Shown: in pieces, positions 18,332 to 27,146 of the stretch
Numbering within the stretch: position 1 is the stretch's first letter
Layout of the letters: every line of letters begins with the position of its first letter
From: Clostridia bacterium
Lineage (GTDB): Bacteria; Bacillota; Clostridia; Oscillospirales; CAG-272
Direction: 5' to 3'
Assembly (NCBI GenBank): GCA_017508405.1
Contig: JAFVYY010000053.1
Location: 1 to 56,159, forward strand
DNA length: 56,159 bases
Translations under genes and position numbers: made by a program
The notes under the pieces: model-generated
Seen by the model: the letters and a program-made list of their open reading frames with translations, nothing else
Database searches by the model: none
What the model was told of the DNA's origin: nothing

Positions 18332-18459
18332 AATATGCCTATTTTGCATTTTTTGTGAAAATAGATACGTCTATTTTGCACTCTGTGATATTTATTTAAT
18401 ACCAAATTCACGATATAATATATTCACAGAGCAGTTATAAAGGGAAAGTCTTACAATTA

Positions 18460-19308
18460 TCAGTTGATTCCGAATAGCATAAGAGCAAAGCCGAAAAGAG
18501 CGGAGATTCCGTAAAGGATAGCGATTATACGGATATTTTCCTTTTTACACTTGTTGCTTTTCAAAAGTACGGTTAATCCTATACCTGCGCCTGAACAAAG
18601 TCCTGCGATTGCGGAACCAAAGGATAAAGCGCCTTCGATATAAAGATTTGTAATCATTACCGAAACCGCACAGTTGGGTATAAGCCCTATAAGAGCGGTA
18701 ATAAAGGGCTGAATAAGGCTGTCGCTTAAAAGCACGGCGCTCAATCTGTCCTCACCGAGAAAATGTATGGCAAGTCCCAAGGCGACGTTTATAAGAAGTA
18801 TGAATACGGATATTTTAAGAGTGTGCTTAAGGGATGGCTTAAGTATTCCTTCCTCTTCCTCACAGCCGCAGTCCTTACATATATCGATCTCTACCTTTGT
18901 TACCTTCATTTTCTTTAATACAAAGTCAATGGCAAAGCCTGATATGATACCGATACCGATTTTGCAAAGTATCAGCTTCCATATTGCGCCATGTCCTCCC
19001 GCCGTAGAAAGAAGAATAGGTAATGCCTCATCGGACGTTGTAAGAAATACGGCGATCAGCGTACCCTCGGTAATAAGTCCGGCGGTATATAGGTTTGATG
19101 CAGAAGCAGAGAAGCCGCATTGCGGTATGCATCCAAGGGCAGAGCATATGGCAGGACCGGCATTACCTATTTTCTCCATATATCTTTCCATTTTATCGGA
19201 AGCCTTATGTTCAATAAATTCCATTAAAAGGTAAGCTAAAAAGAGAAAAGGTACGGTTTTTAAGGTTTCTATTAAAGCATGTAAAAGCTCATGCAGAATT
19301 TCTTCCAT
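18460..19308 (-). CDS. Putative 10-TM heavy-metal exporter (ArsP_2 / DUF2899-like permease)
   Basis: The N-terminal FLFLAYLLMEFIEHK ... IPQCGFSASASNLY pattern matches my recollection of this family. A central cytoplasmic Cys/Glu cluster CKDCGCEEEEG is present. Family assignment is from memory only. Confidence 0.55.
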   Translation of the reverse strand: MEEILHELLHALIETLKTVPFLFLAYLLMEFIEHKASDKMERYMEKIGNAGPAICSALGCIPQCGFSASASNLYTAGLITEGTLIAVFLTTSDEALPILLSTAGGHGAIWKLILCKIGIGIISGFAIDFVLKKMKVTKVEIDICKDCGCEEEEGILKPSLKHTLKISVFILLINVALGLAIHFLGEDRLSAVLLSDSLIQPFITALIGLIPNCAVSVMITNLYIEGALSFGSAIAGLCSGAGIGLTVLLKSNKCKKENIRIIAILYGISALFGFALMLFGIN

Positions 19309-19369
19309 TTAAGTATCCTTTTATCAATTTAATTATCAATTTGAGAAACATTCTCAATTTATCGACGCT

Positions 19370-19398
19370 ATTATATATTAAAAAATATTTTTTGTCAA
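19370..19398 (-). promoter_or_regulatory. Perfect sigma-A consensus promoter of the transporter gene
   Basis: On the minus strand: TTGACA (19398-19393), 17-nt spacer, TATAAT (19375-19370). Confidence 0.7.
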
Positions 19399-19437
19399 TA
19401 TATAAGCTGAAAAAATTGAAAATGGAATTAAATTCTA

Positions 19438-19466
19438 TTGCAAATAACCCTTTAATATGATAATAT
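19438..19466 (+). promoter_or_regulatory. Sigma-A type promoter of the THF riboswitch-folT-folC unit
   Basis: TTGCAA at 19438-19443, 17-nt spacer, TAATAT at 19461-19466 preceded by TGa. Confidence 0.55.
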
Positions 19467-19477
19467 ATACTTACAAA

Positions 19478-19577
19478 TACAGAGTAAATATGCGTGCGTT
19501 AAGTGTCGGGGGAACGGGGAGTTGTCCTTTGAACGAAAACCTATGTTGCGGTACGTATATTGCATCCCGCTGGAGGT
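19478..19577 (+). promoter_or_regulatory. THF (tetrahydrofolate) riboswitch, folT motif
   Basis: The blocks AGAGTAAAT..GCGTGCGTTAAGTG..GGGGAG..ACGAA..GCGG..TTGCATCCCGCTGGAGG match the THF-I aptamer consensus. The 3' end overlaps the GGAGG SD of folT. Confidence 0.85.
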
Positions 19578-19585
19578 ATATAAAA

Positions 19586-20143
19586 GTGGATAAAAATCAT
19601 AATTTCAAAAGCGAGCTAATGCTTTTCAACAATCCAAAGGTATTAACGGCAAGCGCACTTTTAGTCGCTGTAAGTATAGTGTGCGGTAAGCTGCTTGCCT
19701 TCAATATCGGTTTTATTCTAAGATTCAGCTTTGAGAATATGCCTATAATGCTTGCATCAATGGCGTTTGGGTCACTTATCGGTGGTATTACGGCTGTTGC
19801 GGCAGATCTGATTGGCTGTCTTATAGTTGGCTATGAGATAAATCCCTTGGTAACTTTGGGCGCTTTGGTTATAGGGTTAATAAGCGGTTTTATTTTCCGT
19901 ATTACAGGTAAGCTGCCTATTCTTGTAAAGGTGCTTGTATCAGTTATACCCGCTCATCTTGTAGGCTCCGTCCTTGTAAAAACCGTCGGACTTGCAAAAT
20001 TCTATGAGATACCATTCTGGAATCTTGTGGCGTGGAGAGGGCTTAACTACGTAATAATAGCTACGCTTGAAATTTTACTTCTTTACTACCTGTTTAAGAG
20101 TAAATCAATAAACAGTCAGCTTGAAAGAATAAAACAAAGGTAG
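19586..20143 (+). CDS. folT: Folate ECF-transporter S component
   Basis: Small 5-6 TM protein directly after the THF riboswitch and before folC. I use GTG 19586, 9 nt after GGAGG. The track start at 19457 would read through the riboswitch. ATG 19619 is an alternative start. The stop codon is TAG. Confidence 0.75.
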   Translation: MDKNHNFKSELMLFNNPKVLTASALLVAVSIVCGKLLAFNIGFILRFSFENMPIMLASMAFGSLIGGITAVAADLIGCLIVGYEINPLVTLGALVIGLISGFIFRITGKLPILVKVLVSVIPAHLVGSVLVKTVGLAKFYEIPFWNLVAWRGLNYVIIATLEILLLYYLFKSKSINSQLERIKQR

Positions 20144-20153
20144 GAAAAGGTAT

Positions 20154-21440
20154 ATGAATTATAATGAAGCTCTTGAATACATACATAAAATAAATTGGTG
20201 CTTCTGCAATCCCGGTCTTGAAAGAATAGAGCATCTTTGCAAAGCTCTTGGGAATCCGCAAAAAAGGCTTAAATTCATTCACGTTGCGGGAACTAACGGT
20301 AAGGGCTCATTCTGTGCGATGCTTTCCGAAATTTTGAAAAGTGCAGGATATAAAACGGGACTTTTTACGTCCCCGTACATAAAAACCTTCAATGAAAGAA
20401 TGGCGATAAACGGGGAGATGATCTCAAACGAGGAGCTTGCATCCTTGACAGAGTATATTAAGCCTGTTGCCGACGCAATGGAAGAGAAGCCAACGGAATT
20501 CGAGCTTATAACCGCTATTGCCTTTGAATTTTTCGCAAGACATAACTGCGATTACGTAGTTCTTGAATGCGGTCTTGGGGGCAGGCTTGACTCAACTAAT
20601 ATCATAGATTCATCGGTTCTCTCCGTAATTACGGGTATTGCCCTTGATCATACGTCAATTCTCGGTGACACAGTAGAGAAAATAGCTTATGAAAAGGCAG
20701 GAATAATTAAAAGCGGAGTTCCGTGTCTGTGGTGCGGTGAAAACGAGGATGCTAAAAGAGTGATCTCCGAAAGAGCGAATGAGCTTCACTCACCCATTTA
20801 TACAGTTGACCATAGTAAAACTAAGGTAACGAGCTTTGATTTGAGCGGCACGGTATTCAGCTACAATGAGTATGAGGATATATTTATTCCCCTGCTTGGC
20901 GAATATCAGCCCTTCAATGCTGCAAACGTACTTTGCGCAGTTGATATTCTTCGCAGTATGGGACTTGATATAAGTGACTGTAATGTAAGAGCGGGAATGA
21001 AAAGCGTAGTATGGCACGCAAGATTTGAGATAATTTCAAAATCTCCTCTTGTTATCGCTGACGGCGGTCATAATCCCGAGGGAGTGACAAGTGCGGTAAA
21101 CAGTGTTAAAAGATATTTTAAGGATAAAAAATTGAACGTAATCACAGGTGTAATGGCTGATAAGGATACGGAGTATATAGCGTCTCAAATCGGCTCTGTC
21201 GCTTCTCACGTGTTTTGCATAACACCCGATAATCCAAGAGCTTTACCCGCTGAAAAATATGCGGAGCTTTATAAAAACATGGGAGTATGCGCAAGTCACT
21301 ACAGCTCGGTAAAGGATGCGGTTTACGCATCAATGAAAAGGGCTCTCGAAACAGGAACTGACGTATTGTGCGTCGGCTCACTTTATATGTATCTTGAGGT
21401 TTCGGATTGCGTTAAGCTTTTTAATAAAGAAAACAATTAA
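20154..21440 (+). CDS. folC: Bifunctional folylpolyglutamate synthase / dihydrofolate synthase
   Basis: Mur-ligase fold. The P-loop VAGTNGKGS and the DGGHNPEG motif are present. Confidence 0.92.
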   Translation: MNYNEALEYIHKINWCFCNPGLERIEHLCKALGNPQKRLKFIHVAGTNGKGSFCAMLSEILKSAGYKTGLFTSPYIKTFNERMAINGEMISNEELASLTEYIKPVADAMEEKPTEFELITAIAFEFFARHNCDYVVLECGLGGRLDSTNIIDSSVLSVITGIALDHTSILGDTVEKIAYEKAGIIKSGVPCLWCGENEDAKRVISERANELHSPIYTVDHSKTKVTSFDLSGTVFSYNEYEDIFIPLLGEYQPFNAANVLCAVDILRSMGLDISDCNVRAGMKSVVWHARFEIISKSPLVIADGGHNPEGVTSAVNSVKRYFKDKKLNVITGVMADKDTEYIASQIGSVASHVFCITPDNPRALPAEKYAELYKNMGVCASHYSSVKDAVYASMKRALETGTDVLCVGSLYMYLEVSDCVKLFNKENN

Positions 21441-21463
21441 TATAGAATATAGGAGGTGTTTAT

Positions 21464-21901
21464 ATGGTTTGGGTCTGGTTAGGAATAGCGGTTGCCCTAT
21501 TGGTAATTGAGTGCTGCACAACGGATCTTGTATCTATTTGGTTAGCTCTCGGCTCAGGAATAACCACTATCATTGTGGCAATATTTCCGGGTATTCCGGT
21601 TCCGTGGCAAATCATTATGTTTGTAGTATTCAGCGCTGTGCTTCTTACTCTTACAAGAAAATTTGTAAAGAAATATCTTTCAAGGAGTAAGTCACAGTCA
21701 ACGAATCTTGAGCTCTATTATGATAAAACGGCAGTAGTTGTCGAGGAAATCAATAATGAGCTTGCACATGGAGCTGTAAAGGTTAACGGTCTTGTTTGGA
21801 CTGCGCGTTCTGAAAATAACGAGGTTATTGAGAAGGACGCTTTGGTATTGTTCAAAAAAATCGATGGCAATAAAGCTATCGTAGTTAGAAAAGGAGAATA
21901 A
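21464..21901 (+). CDS. NfeD family membrane protein
   Basis: Two or three TM segments plus a C-terminal OB-like domain (VKVNGLVWTARS). It immediately precedes an SPFH gene, the classic pairing. Confidence 0.8.
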   Translation: MVWVWLGIAVALLVIECCTTDLVSIWLALGSGITTIIVAIFPGIPVPWQIIMFVVFSAVLLTLTRKFVKKYLSRSKSQSTNLELYYDKTAVVVEEINNELAHGAVKVNGLVWTARSENNEVIEKDALVLFKKIDGNKAIVVRKGE

Positions 21902-21903
21902 AT

Positions 21904-22830
21904 ATGCCCGCATTAATTATTGTTTTAGCAGTTCTTTTGGTAGTCGCTATAATCATCGTTATAGCAAGCATCAAAATCGTTCCCCAGTCAAAGGCGTACG
22001 TAATTGAACGTCTTGGCTCCTACAAGGAAACCTGGCAGACAGGTATCCACTTCCTGTGGCCCATCTTTTATAAGATCTCAAAGCAGGTTTCTCTGAAAGA
22101 GCACGTTGCGGATTTCCCACCTCAGCCCGTTATCACAAGAGATAACGTAACTATGCAGATCGACACCGTTGTATTCTTCCAGATTACAGACCCTAAGCTC
22201 TACGCTTACGGTGTTGAAAATCCCATAATGGCTATTGAAAATCTTACAGCAACAACACTCCGTAACATCATAGGTGATCTTGAGCTTGACCATACTCTTA
22301 CATCAAGAGATACCATCAACGCAAAGATCCGCTCCATTCTTGATGAAGCAACAGATCCCTGGGGTATCAAGATTAACAGAGTTGAGCTTAAGAACATCAA
22401 GCCCCCCGCAGAAATTCAGGACGCAATGGAAAAGCAGATGAAGGCAGAGCGTCAGAGAAGAGAAGCAATCCTTCGCGCAGAGGGTGAAAAGTCCTCTAAT
22501 ATCCTTGTTGCCGAGGGTAAGAAGGAAAGCCAGATTCTTGAGGCAGAGGCTGCAAAGCAGGCTGCAATTCTTCAAGCAGAGGCTGAAAAGGAAGCAAGAA
22601 TTAAGAAGGCAGAGGCAGAGGCTGAAGCAATTCTTAAGATTAATACCGCACAGGCAGAGTCCATAAGACTTATCAACGAGGCTAAGCCTGAGGAAGCATA
22701 CTTGCTTCTTAAGAAGCTTGAGGCTTACGAAAAGGCGGCCGACGGTCAGGCAACAAAGATTATCGTTCCCAGCGATCTTCAGGGCATCGTTGGACTTGTA
22801 AGCTCCGTTACAGAGGCTGCAAAGAAATAA
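21904..22830 (+). CDS. SPFH/band-7 (stomatin-like) protein
   Basis: N-terminal TM segment, then SPFH core (VPQSKAYVIERLG, ITRDNV, DPWGIKI), then an Ala/Glu-rich coiled coil. Confidence 0.9.
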   Translation: MPALIIVLAVLLVVAIIIVIASIKIVPQSKAYVIERLGSYKETWQTGIHFLWPIFYKISKQVSLKEHVADFPPQPVITRDNVTMQIDTVVFFQITDPKLYAYGVENPIMAIENLTATTLRNIIGDLELDHTLTSRDTINAKIRSILDEATDPWGIKINRVELKNIKPPAEIQDAMEKQMKAERQRREAILRAEGEKSSNILVAEGKKESQILEAEAAKQAAILQAEAEKEARIKKAEAEAEAILKINTAQAESIRLINEAKPEEAYLLLKKLEAYEKAADGQATKIIVPSDLQGIVGLVSSVTEAAKK

Positions 22831-22870
22831 AAGAGCAATCTGATATTTCATTAATATAATTTTATAATTT

Positions 22871-22907
22871 ACAGTCCTGATTTATTATAAATTGGGACTG
22901 TTTTTTA
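22871..22907 (+). terminator. Rho-independent terminator
   Basis: Stem ACAGTCC / GGGACTGT with a 16-nt loop, followed by TTTTTT. Confidence 0.65.
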
Positions 22908-22943
22908 CTTATCCTTTAGAATAATGTACAAAAAGGAGAAATA

Positions 22944-23384
22944 ATGTCATATAATTTTAGCTCCTATGCTGAAAAATTAAGTAGACAGATAAGGTTCAAT
23001 ACAGTTGCTTTGATAGTATTTATCTGCTTTTGTGTCATAATTACAGTACTTTGCTTGTACTATAAAATGAAATGGGGAGCATTGAGTGTATTCGTTATAG
23101 GCACGGTTGTGGTTTGTCTTATGTATTTTAATTTGATAAATCCGCAAAGGCTTGATATGGAAAATCAATCGTATATTGTTTACGAAGGACAATTTTCGGT
23201 AGATGAATATTACTATTCAAGTAGGAACAGGTATATTGAAATAAGAATACCGGGCAAGGATGAAATTCTTAAATATAAGGTGATATGCACCGTTCCGGAA
23301 TTAGAAAGATACAAAACGCAACAGGGATATTTTGTAATCAGCGAGCGGACACAGTTACTTCTGGATATAGGCTTTACTGAATAA
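22944..23384 (+). CDS. Hypothetical 2-TM membrane protein
   Basis: ORF with a GGAG RBS, two hydrophobic helices and an AT-rich codon composition. I recognise no family. Confidence 0.5.
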   Translation: MSYNFSSYAEKLSRQIRFNTVALIVFICFCVIITVLCLYYKMKWGALSVFVIGTVVVCLMYFNLINPQRLDMENQSYIVYEGQFSVDEYYYSSRNRYIEIRIPGKDEILKYKVICTVPELERYKTQQGYFVISERTQLLLDIGFTE

Positions 23385-23388
23385 CAAA

Positions 23389-23420
23389 AGGATGCGATTT
23401 TTAAAATCGCATCTTTTTTA
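23389..23420. terminator. Bidirectional hairpin terminator
   Basis: Palindrome GATGCGATTTT / AAAATCGCATC flanked by A and T tracts, between convergent genes. Confidence 0.8.
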
Positions 23421-24146
23421 TATATTGTCGCTTTTCCCGGAAAGATAATTAACCTCATTTTCCGTAAGCTCACGCCATTTTCCTCTTTCAAGGTCGTTTA
23501 ACTTAAGCTTGCCGATGGCTATTCTTGTAAGACGCATAATGGTTAGACCGCAAGCCTCACACATTTTACGAATCTGCCTGTTTCTGCCCTCGTTAAGGGT
23601 AAAAAGGGTATTTGTAGCGCCGTTCTTTTGCGATATGATTCTTACCTTAACAGGCTTGAGCTTATATCCGTCTATTTCCATAGGAGAGGTAAGCTTTGAT
23701 AACTGCTCCGGTAAAATATCGCCCTTAATAATAACGCTGTAAACCTTTGACATATTGTTCTTTGGGTGGGTAAGCCTGTTAGTAAGCTCACCGTCATTTG
23801 TAAGGATAAGCAAGCCCTCGGAATACATATCAAGTCTGCCGACGGGATATACTCGTTCTCCCACGTCGGAAACAAGGTCAAGAACTGTTGGTCTTCCTTT
23901 TTCGTCGGATGCCGTGCTAACGTATCCAAGAGGCTTATTAAGCATAATATAACGCTTCTTTTCCACCGTATGCTTAATTACCTTGCCGTTATAGGTAACT
24001 GTGTCGTTTTCAGGGTCTACCTTGTCCCCGAGCTTTGCAATAACGCCGTTTATCTTAACGTTACCCGCTTCAATAACCTTTTCGGCATTTCTTCTTGACA
24101 TTATATTATTATCTGTAAAAAACTTTTGAAGTCTGATTTTTTCCAT
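23418..24146 (-). CDS. rluB: rRNA pseudouridine synthase (RsuA/RluB family) with an S4 domain
   Basis: N-terminal S4 domain (RLQKFFTDNNIMSRRNAEKVI) and the catalytic GRLDMYSEGLLILTNDG motif. Confidence 0.88.
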   Translation of the reverse strand: MEKIRLQKFFTDNNIMSRRNAEKVIEAGNVKINGVIAKLGDKVDPENDTVTYNGKVIKHTVEKKRYIMLNKPLGYVSTASDEKGRPTVLDLVSDVGERVYPVGRLDMYSEGLLILTNDGELTNRLTHPKNNMSKVYSVIIKGDILPEQLSKLTSPMEIDGYKLKPVKVRIISQKNGATNTLFTLNEGRNRQIRKMCEACGLTIMRLTRIAIGKLKLNDLERGKWRELTENEVNYLSGKSDNI

Positions 24147-24150
24147 ATTA

Positions 24151-25266
24151 TTATCCGAAGATTCTTTCTAAAATTGATTTTTTGTATTTAAGCGATCTAA
24201 CGCTTTCGAGTGCATATAGAGGACATTCTCCTATTTTGCTATCGCCTTGATAAAATACTACTTGACCGACTCTGTCACCCTTTTTTATGGGTGCTGAAAG
24301 AAGTCTGTCGTATTCCGTTACCGCCCGAATCCCGTCACGTACACCCTTTTTCAGGGTTACCGAAAGCGAATCATAGTTGGAGCAGAGAACAGAGCCTTTT
24401 TCACCGTTTATCAGGTTTAAGGAAACCGTATAATCTCCCGAATCTGCCAGCATGATTCTTTCATACTGTGTAAACCCGAAATCAAGGAGAGCTTTATGAT
24501 CGTTCCAGTCGTTAGAAGCGTTGAGCGTTACACAGATAAGCTTGATTCCGTTACGCTCGGCACATGAAACAAGACATCGTCCGCTTCGCTTGGTAAATCC
24601 TGTCTTAACGCCTATTGTACCGTCGTAAAGACGAAGAAGCTTGTTATGATTTATCAGAACACGGCTTCCGTCGTCAGAAAGAGGAATAATCCTTTTCTTG
24701 GTTGAAGCAATCTCTTCAAAAACGGGATTTTTCATAGCGTAAGATGCAAGCCTTGCAAGATCACAGGCGGTAGTATAATGCTCCTCGTTATCAAGACCGT
24801 GGGGATTTGTAAAATGGGTGCTGAAAAGTCCAAGCTCTTTGGCTTTATGATTCATCATTTCGACAAAATTATCAACGCTTCCGCCTATTTCTATGGCGAT
24901 GGCGGTCGCTGCATCGTTTGCGCTTTCCAGCATAAGGGCGTAAAGAAGCTCCTCAAGAGATAGTGTTTCGCCTTCCTTAAGGTAAATGGAAGAGCCTTCG
25001 ATTCCCGTGGCTTCTCTCGGTATGGTTACACGTTTATCAAGCTTACCGTTTTCAAGGGCTATAACAGCCGTCATTATTTTCGTGGTGCTCGCCATGGGAG
25101 CCTTTGTGTTTCCGTCATATTCATAAACAAGATCACCTGTTTCTGCCTCAACAAGAGCGCAGTGATGCGCAGATACAGGTGCTCCGTATGAAATTGTAGC
25201 AAGGGAGAAAAATATTACTGTAAAAAATATAAAAGCTGCAACAAATCTTGGCATAATAAACCTCAA
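24151..25266 (-). CDS. D-alanyl-D-alanine carboxypeptidase (S11, PBP5/DacB-DacF type)
   Basis: Signal peptide, active-site SxxK as ASTTKIM, the SAND motif, KTGFT, and a C-terminal PBP5_C-like domain. Confidence 0.88.
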   Translation of the reverse strand: MRFIMPRFVAAFIFFTVIFFSLATISYGAPVSAHHCALVEAETGDLVYEYDGNTKAPMASTTKIMTAVIALENGKLDKRVTIPREATGIEGSSIYLKEGETLSLEELLYALMLESANDAATAIAIEIGGSVDNFVEMMNHKAKELGLFSTHFTNPHGLDNEEHYTTACDLARLASYAMKNPVFEEIASTKKRIIPLSDDGSRVLINHNKLLRLYDGTIGVKTGFTKRSGRCLVSCAERNGIKLICVTLNASNDWNDHKALLDFGFTQYERIMLADSGDYTVSLNLINGEKGSVLCSNYDSLSVTLKKGVRDGIRAVTEYDRLLSAPIKKGDRVGQVVFYQGDSKIGECPLYALESVRSLKYKKSILERIFG

Positions 25267-25316
25267 ATTTTTCTTTTGGTTTAGTATGCCTCGTTTGTAT
25301 ATTCAAAATTTATGCG

Positions 25317-25730
25317 TTAATTTTCCTCGTCAGGCTCATCTTTGGATTTTTTTCCAAAAAGATTCTTGAATTTTTCAATAATTTCGGGTGAACTTTCAAT
25401 AAGACCAACGATTTGAGAAATGGGATCTCTTGATTCTGCGTTTACGTTAAGAAGCTCAACCTTACCCTTTGAGTCAACAACCAAAAATCCAACGGGAGAA
25501 ACGGTAACACCCGTTCCGCCGCCGCCACCGAAATTCTTGTTTGTGGGAGCTTTTTTACCGAAGTAGTCAACACCGCCTGTTGCAAGACCTACAAAAATTT
25601 TAGAAATGGGAATGATTACGGTACCGTTTGCGGTTTCGATAGGTGTTCCCGTAACGGTATTTGCATCAACCATTGATTTTACGTTTTCAAGGGCAGTCTT
25701 GATAATATCACTTTGAGTTGTTTTTTCCAT
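25317..25730 (-). CDS. ytfJ: Sporulation protein YtfJ / GerW family
   Basis: The VTGTPIETANGTVIIPISK block and the FGGGGGTG motif. Start moved to ATG 25730, which follows a GGAGG RBS. Confidence 0.85.
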   Translation of the reverse strand: MEKTTQSDIIKTALENVKSMVDANTVTGTPIETANGTVIIPISKIFVGLATGGVDYFGKKAPTNKNFGGGGGTGVTVSPVGFLVVDSKGKVELLNVNAESRDPISQIVGLIESSPEIIEKFKNLFGKKSKDEPDEEN

Positions 25731-26346
25731 TTTTATCCTCCGATAATTTATCCTTTGTAGATTTATATGCAAAATAGGTTTTCAACATATGAATGAGAAT
25801 TTTAAAGGCAGAGAAGACCCTTACGTATAAGGTTATCTTACCGTCTGCATACGATTTTTGTGAAATAAAATTACTGCTTACGTTTATTTTGGAAAAGCGG
25901 GATATTTCCACGTTTGAAATATTGTCAAGTATTTCTATAAGGTAGGCGACACTCTGAACGACCGTTCCGTATACTAAGGCCGTTTTTGCAGCATCGGAGC
26001 AGCCGACTTCAATGTTAAGCTTTGCAAATTTAAAGTGCAGCTCTCCCAAGCATTTATCGGCAAGAGACAAAACCGCTTCACGTATTTCCCATACCACCTT
26101 GACGGGAGAAAGCTCTTTTTTACCCTCCTCGGGAAGAACCTCTGCAGTGGATTCGACCTTCTTTTTCTGTCGCTTCTTTTTTTCTCTAAGCTTTACTTTT
26201 TTTGGGAAAAGCCGTATCCTGACAAATAAAACCCGAAGATATACCGTTAATTCTTCCTTATAGGAGACTATGATATTCACTTTTAGGGATAGAAGAAGCG
26301 CCAAAAACAAAAGTATTGCGCCTACAATATAAACCCAAACAGGCAT
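25708..26346 (-). CDS. DUF2953-like sporulation-associated membrane protein (YtfI-like)
   Basis: N-terminal TM segment and a Lys-rich linker. Its position directly upstream of ytfJ matches the B. subtilis ytfI-ytfJ arrangement. Confidence 0.6.
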   Translation of the reverse strand: MPVWVYIVGAILLFLALLLSLKVNIIVSYKEELTVYLRVLFVRIRLFPKKVKLREKKKRQKKKVESTAEVLPEEGKKELSPVKVVWEIREAVLSLADKCLGELHFKFAKLNIEVGCSDAAKTALVYGTVVQSVAYLIEILDNISNVEISRFSKINVSSNFISQKSYADGKITLYVRVFSAFKILIHMLKTYFAYKSTKDKLSEDKNGKNNSK

Positions 26347-26363
26347 AGCATCCTCCGTACAAT

Positions 26364-27146
26364 TTATTCTTCGGTGTTTTCGGTTTCCTCAGTGTCGTAG
26401 GTATCGTCAACATCCATTTCGGGGCTGTCGAGAAGCTCAAGCTCGGCTTCCTCGGTATCCTCTGCCTCGTTAACAGGCTCGGCATCGTTTACCGGTTCAA
26501 CTCCCTCGGCAGGAGTTTCCATAATTCTTTTTACGAGCTCGTCATCATTGTTTTCGTTAGGCTCGGGTACCTCAATATCAAGGGGAATGATCTCACCCTC
26601 ACTCTTCTGTCTCGGGGCATCTATGTATGGGAGCTGCTCAAGAGATTCAATACCGAAGCATCTTAAAAATTTGGGTGTTGTTCTGTAAAGATAGGGTCTT
26701 CCGGGTACGTCAAGCTTTCCGCATTGCTCAATAAGCTCCTTTTCAAAAAGAGAAGCAACGATATATGAGCTGTCAACCTTTCTTACTGTATCAACAAATG
26801 CTCTTGTAACCGGCTCGTTATATGCTATTATTGCCAAAACCTCAAGGGAAGAAGCAGAAAGATTTCCGCCCTTACGAATTCCCAAGGCTTCTTTGATGTA
26901 GGGAAGAAAGTCCTCTTTTGTGCAAAGTTGGCAGGAATCCTCGAAGACGAGCATCATAATGCCTCTGTTTCCATCACTGTTATATCTTTCGGCAAACGCT
27001 CTCACTGTTTTTCGTATCTGTGACTCCGTATATCCCAAAACCTCTCCTAATTTTGAGTAGGGCATAGGATGTCCTGCTGCAAACAGAATGGCTTCTATAG
27101 CTTTTTCAAGATCTTTTATATCTACTTTTTCTAACTGCTGTTCCAT
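26364..27146 (-). CDS. scpB: Segregation and condensation protein B with an acidic C-terminal tail
   Basis: IEAILFAAGHPM and the LEVLAIIAYNEPVTR motif. It follows scpA. The C-terminal ~70 aa are D/E-rich with an EPVN(D/E)AE duplication. Confidence 0.9.
   Translation of the reverse strand: MEQQLEKVDIKDLEKAIEAILFAAGHPMPYSKLGEVLGYTESQIRKTVRAFAERYNSDGNRGIMMLVFEDSCQLCTKEDFLPYIKEALGIRKGGNLSASSLEVLAIIAYNEPVTRAFVDTVRKVDSSYIVASLFEKELIEQCGKLDVPGRPYLYRTTPKFLRCFGIESLEQLPYIDAPRQKSEGEIIPLDIEVPEPNENNDDELVKRIMETPAEGVEPVNDAEPVNEAEDTEEAELELLDSPEMDVDDTYDTEETENTEE

Noticed and set aside
19457-19585. The track start of the folT ORF at 19457 (MIIYTYKYRVNM...)
   Set aside because: That N-terminal extension is translated straight through the promoter -10 and the THF riboswitch aptamer. 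The GGAGG-GTG at 19586 is the credible start.
20141-20164. Possible TAG readthrough at the folT stop
   Set aside because: Readthrough would add only 7 residues before a TAA. The spacer is simply the folC RBS region, and nothing suggests recoding here.
22480-22680. Repetitive GCAGAGGC/GAAGCA DNA in the SPFH gene, and the acidic repeat at the scpB 3' end (26370-26480)
   Set aside because: These are low-complexity coding sequence for an Ala/Glu coiled coil and an acidic tail. They are not a non-coding repeat array or CRISPR-like structure.
22303-22851. A 182-aa minus-strand ORF, plus other 60-155-aa ORFs inside larger genes (for example 18767-19234, 537-938, 8068-8502, 44058-44501)
   Set aside because: These are shadow ORFs antisense or out of frame to confidently identified genes (SPFH, transporter, deacetylase, kinase, rlmB). 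None has independent signals.
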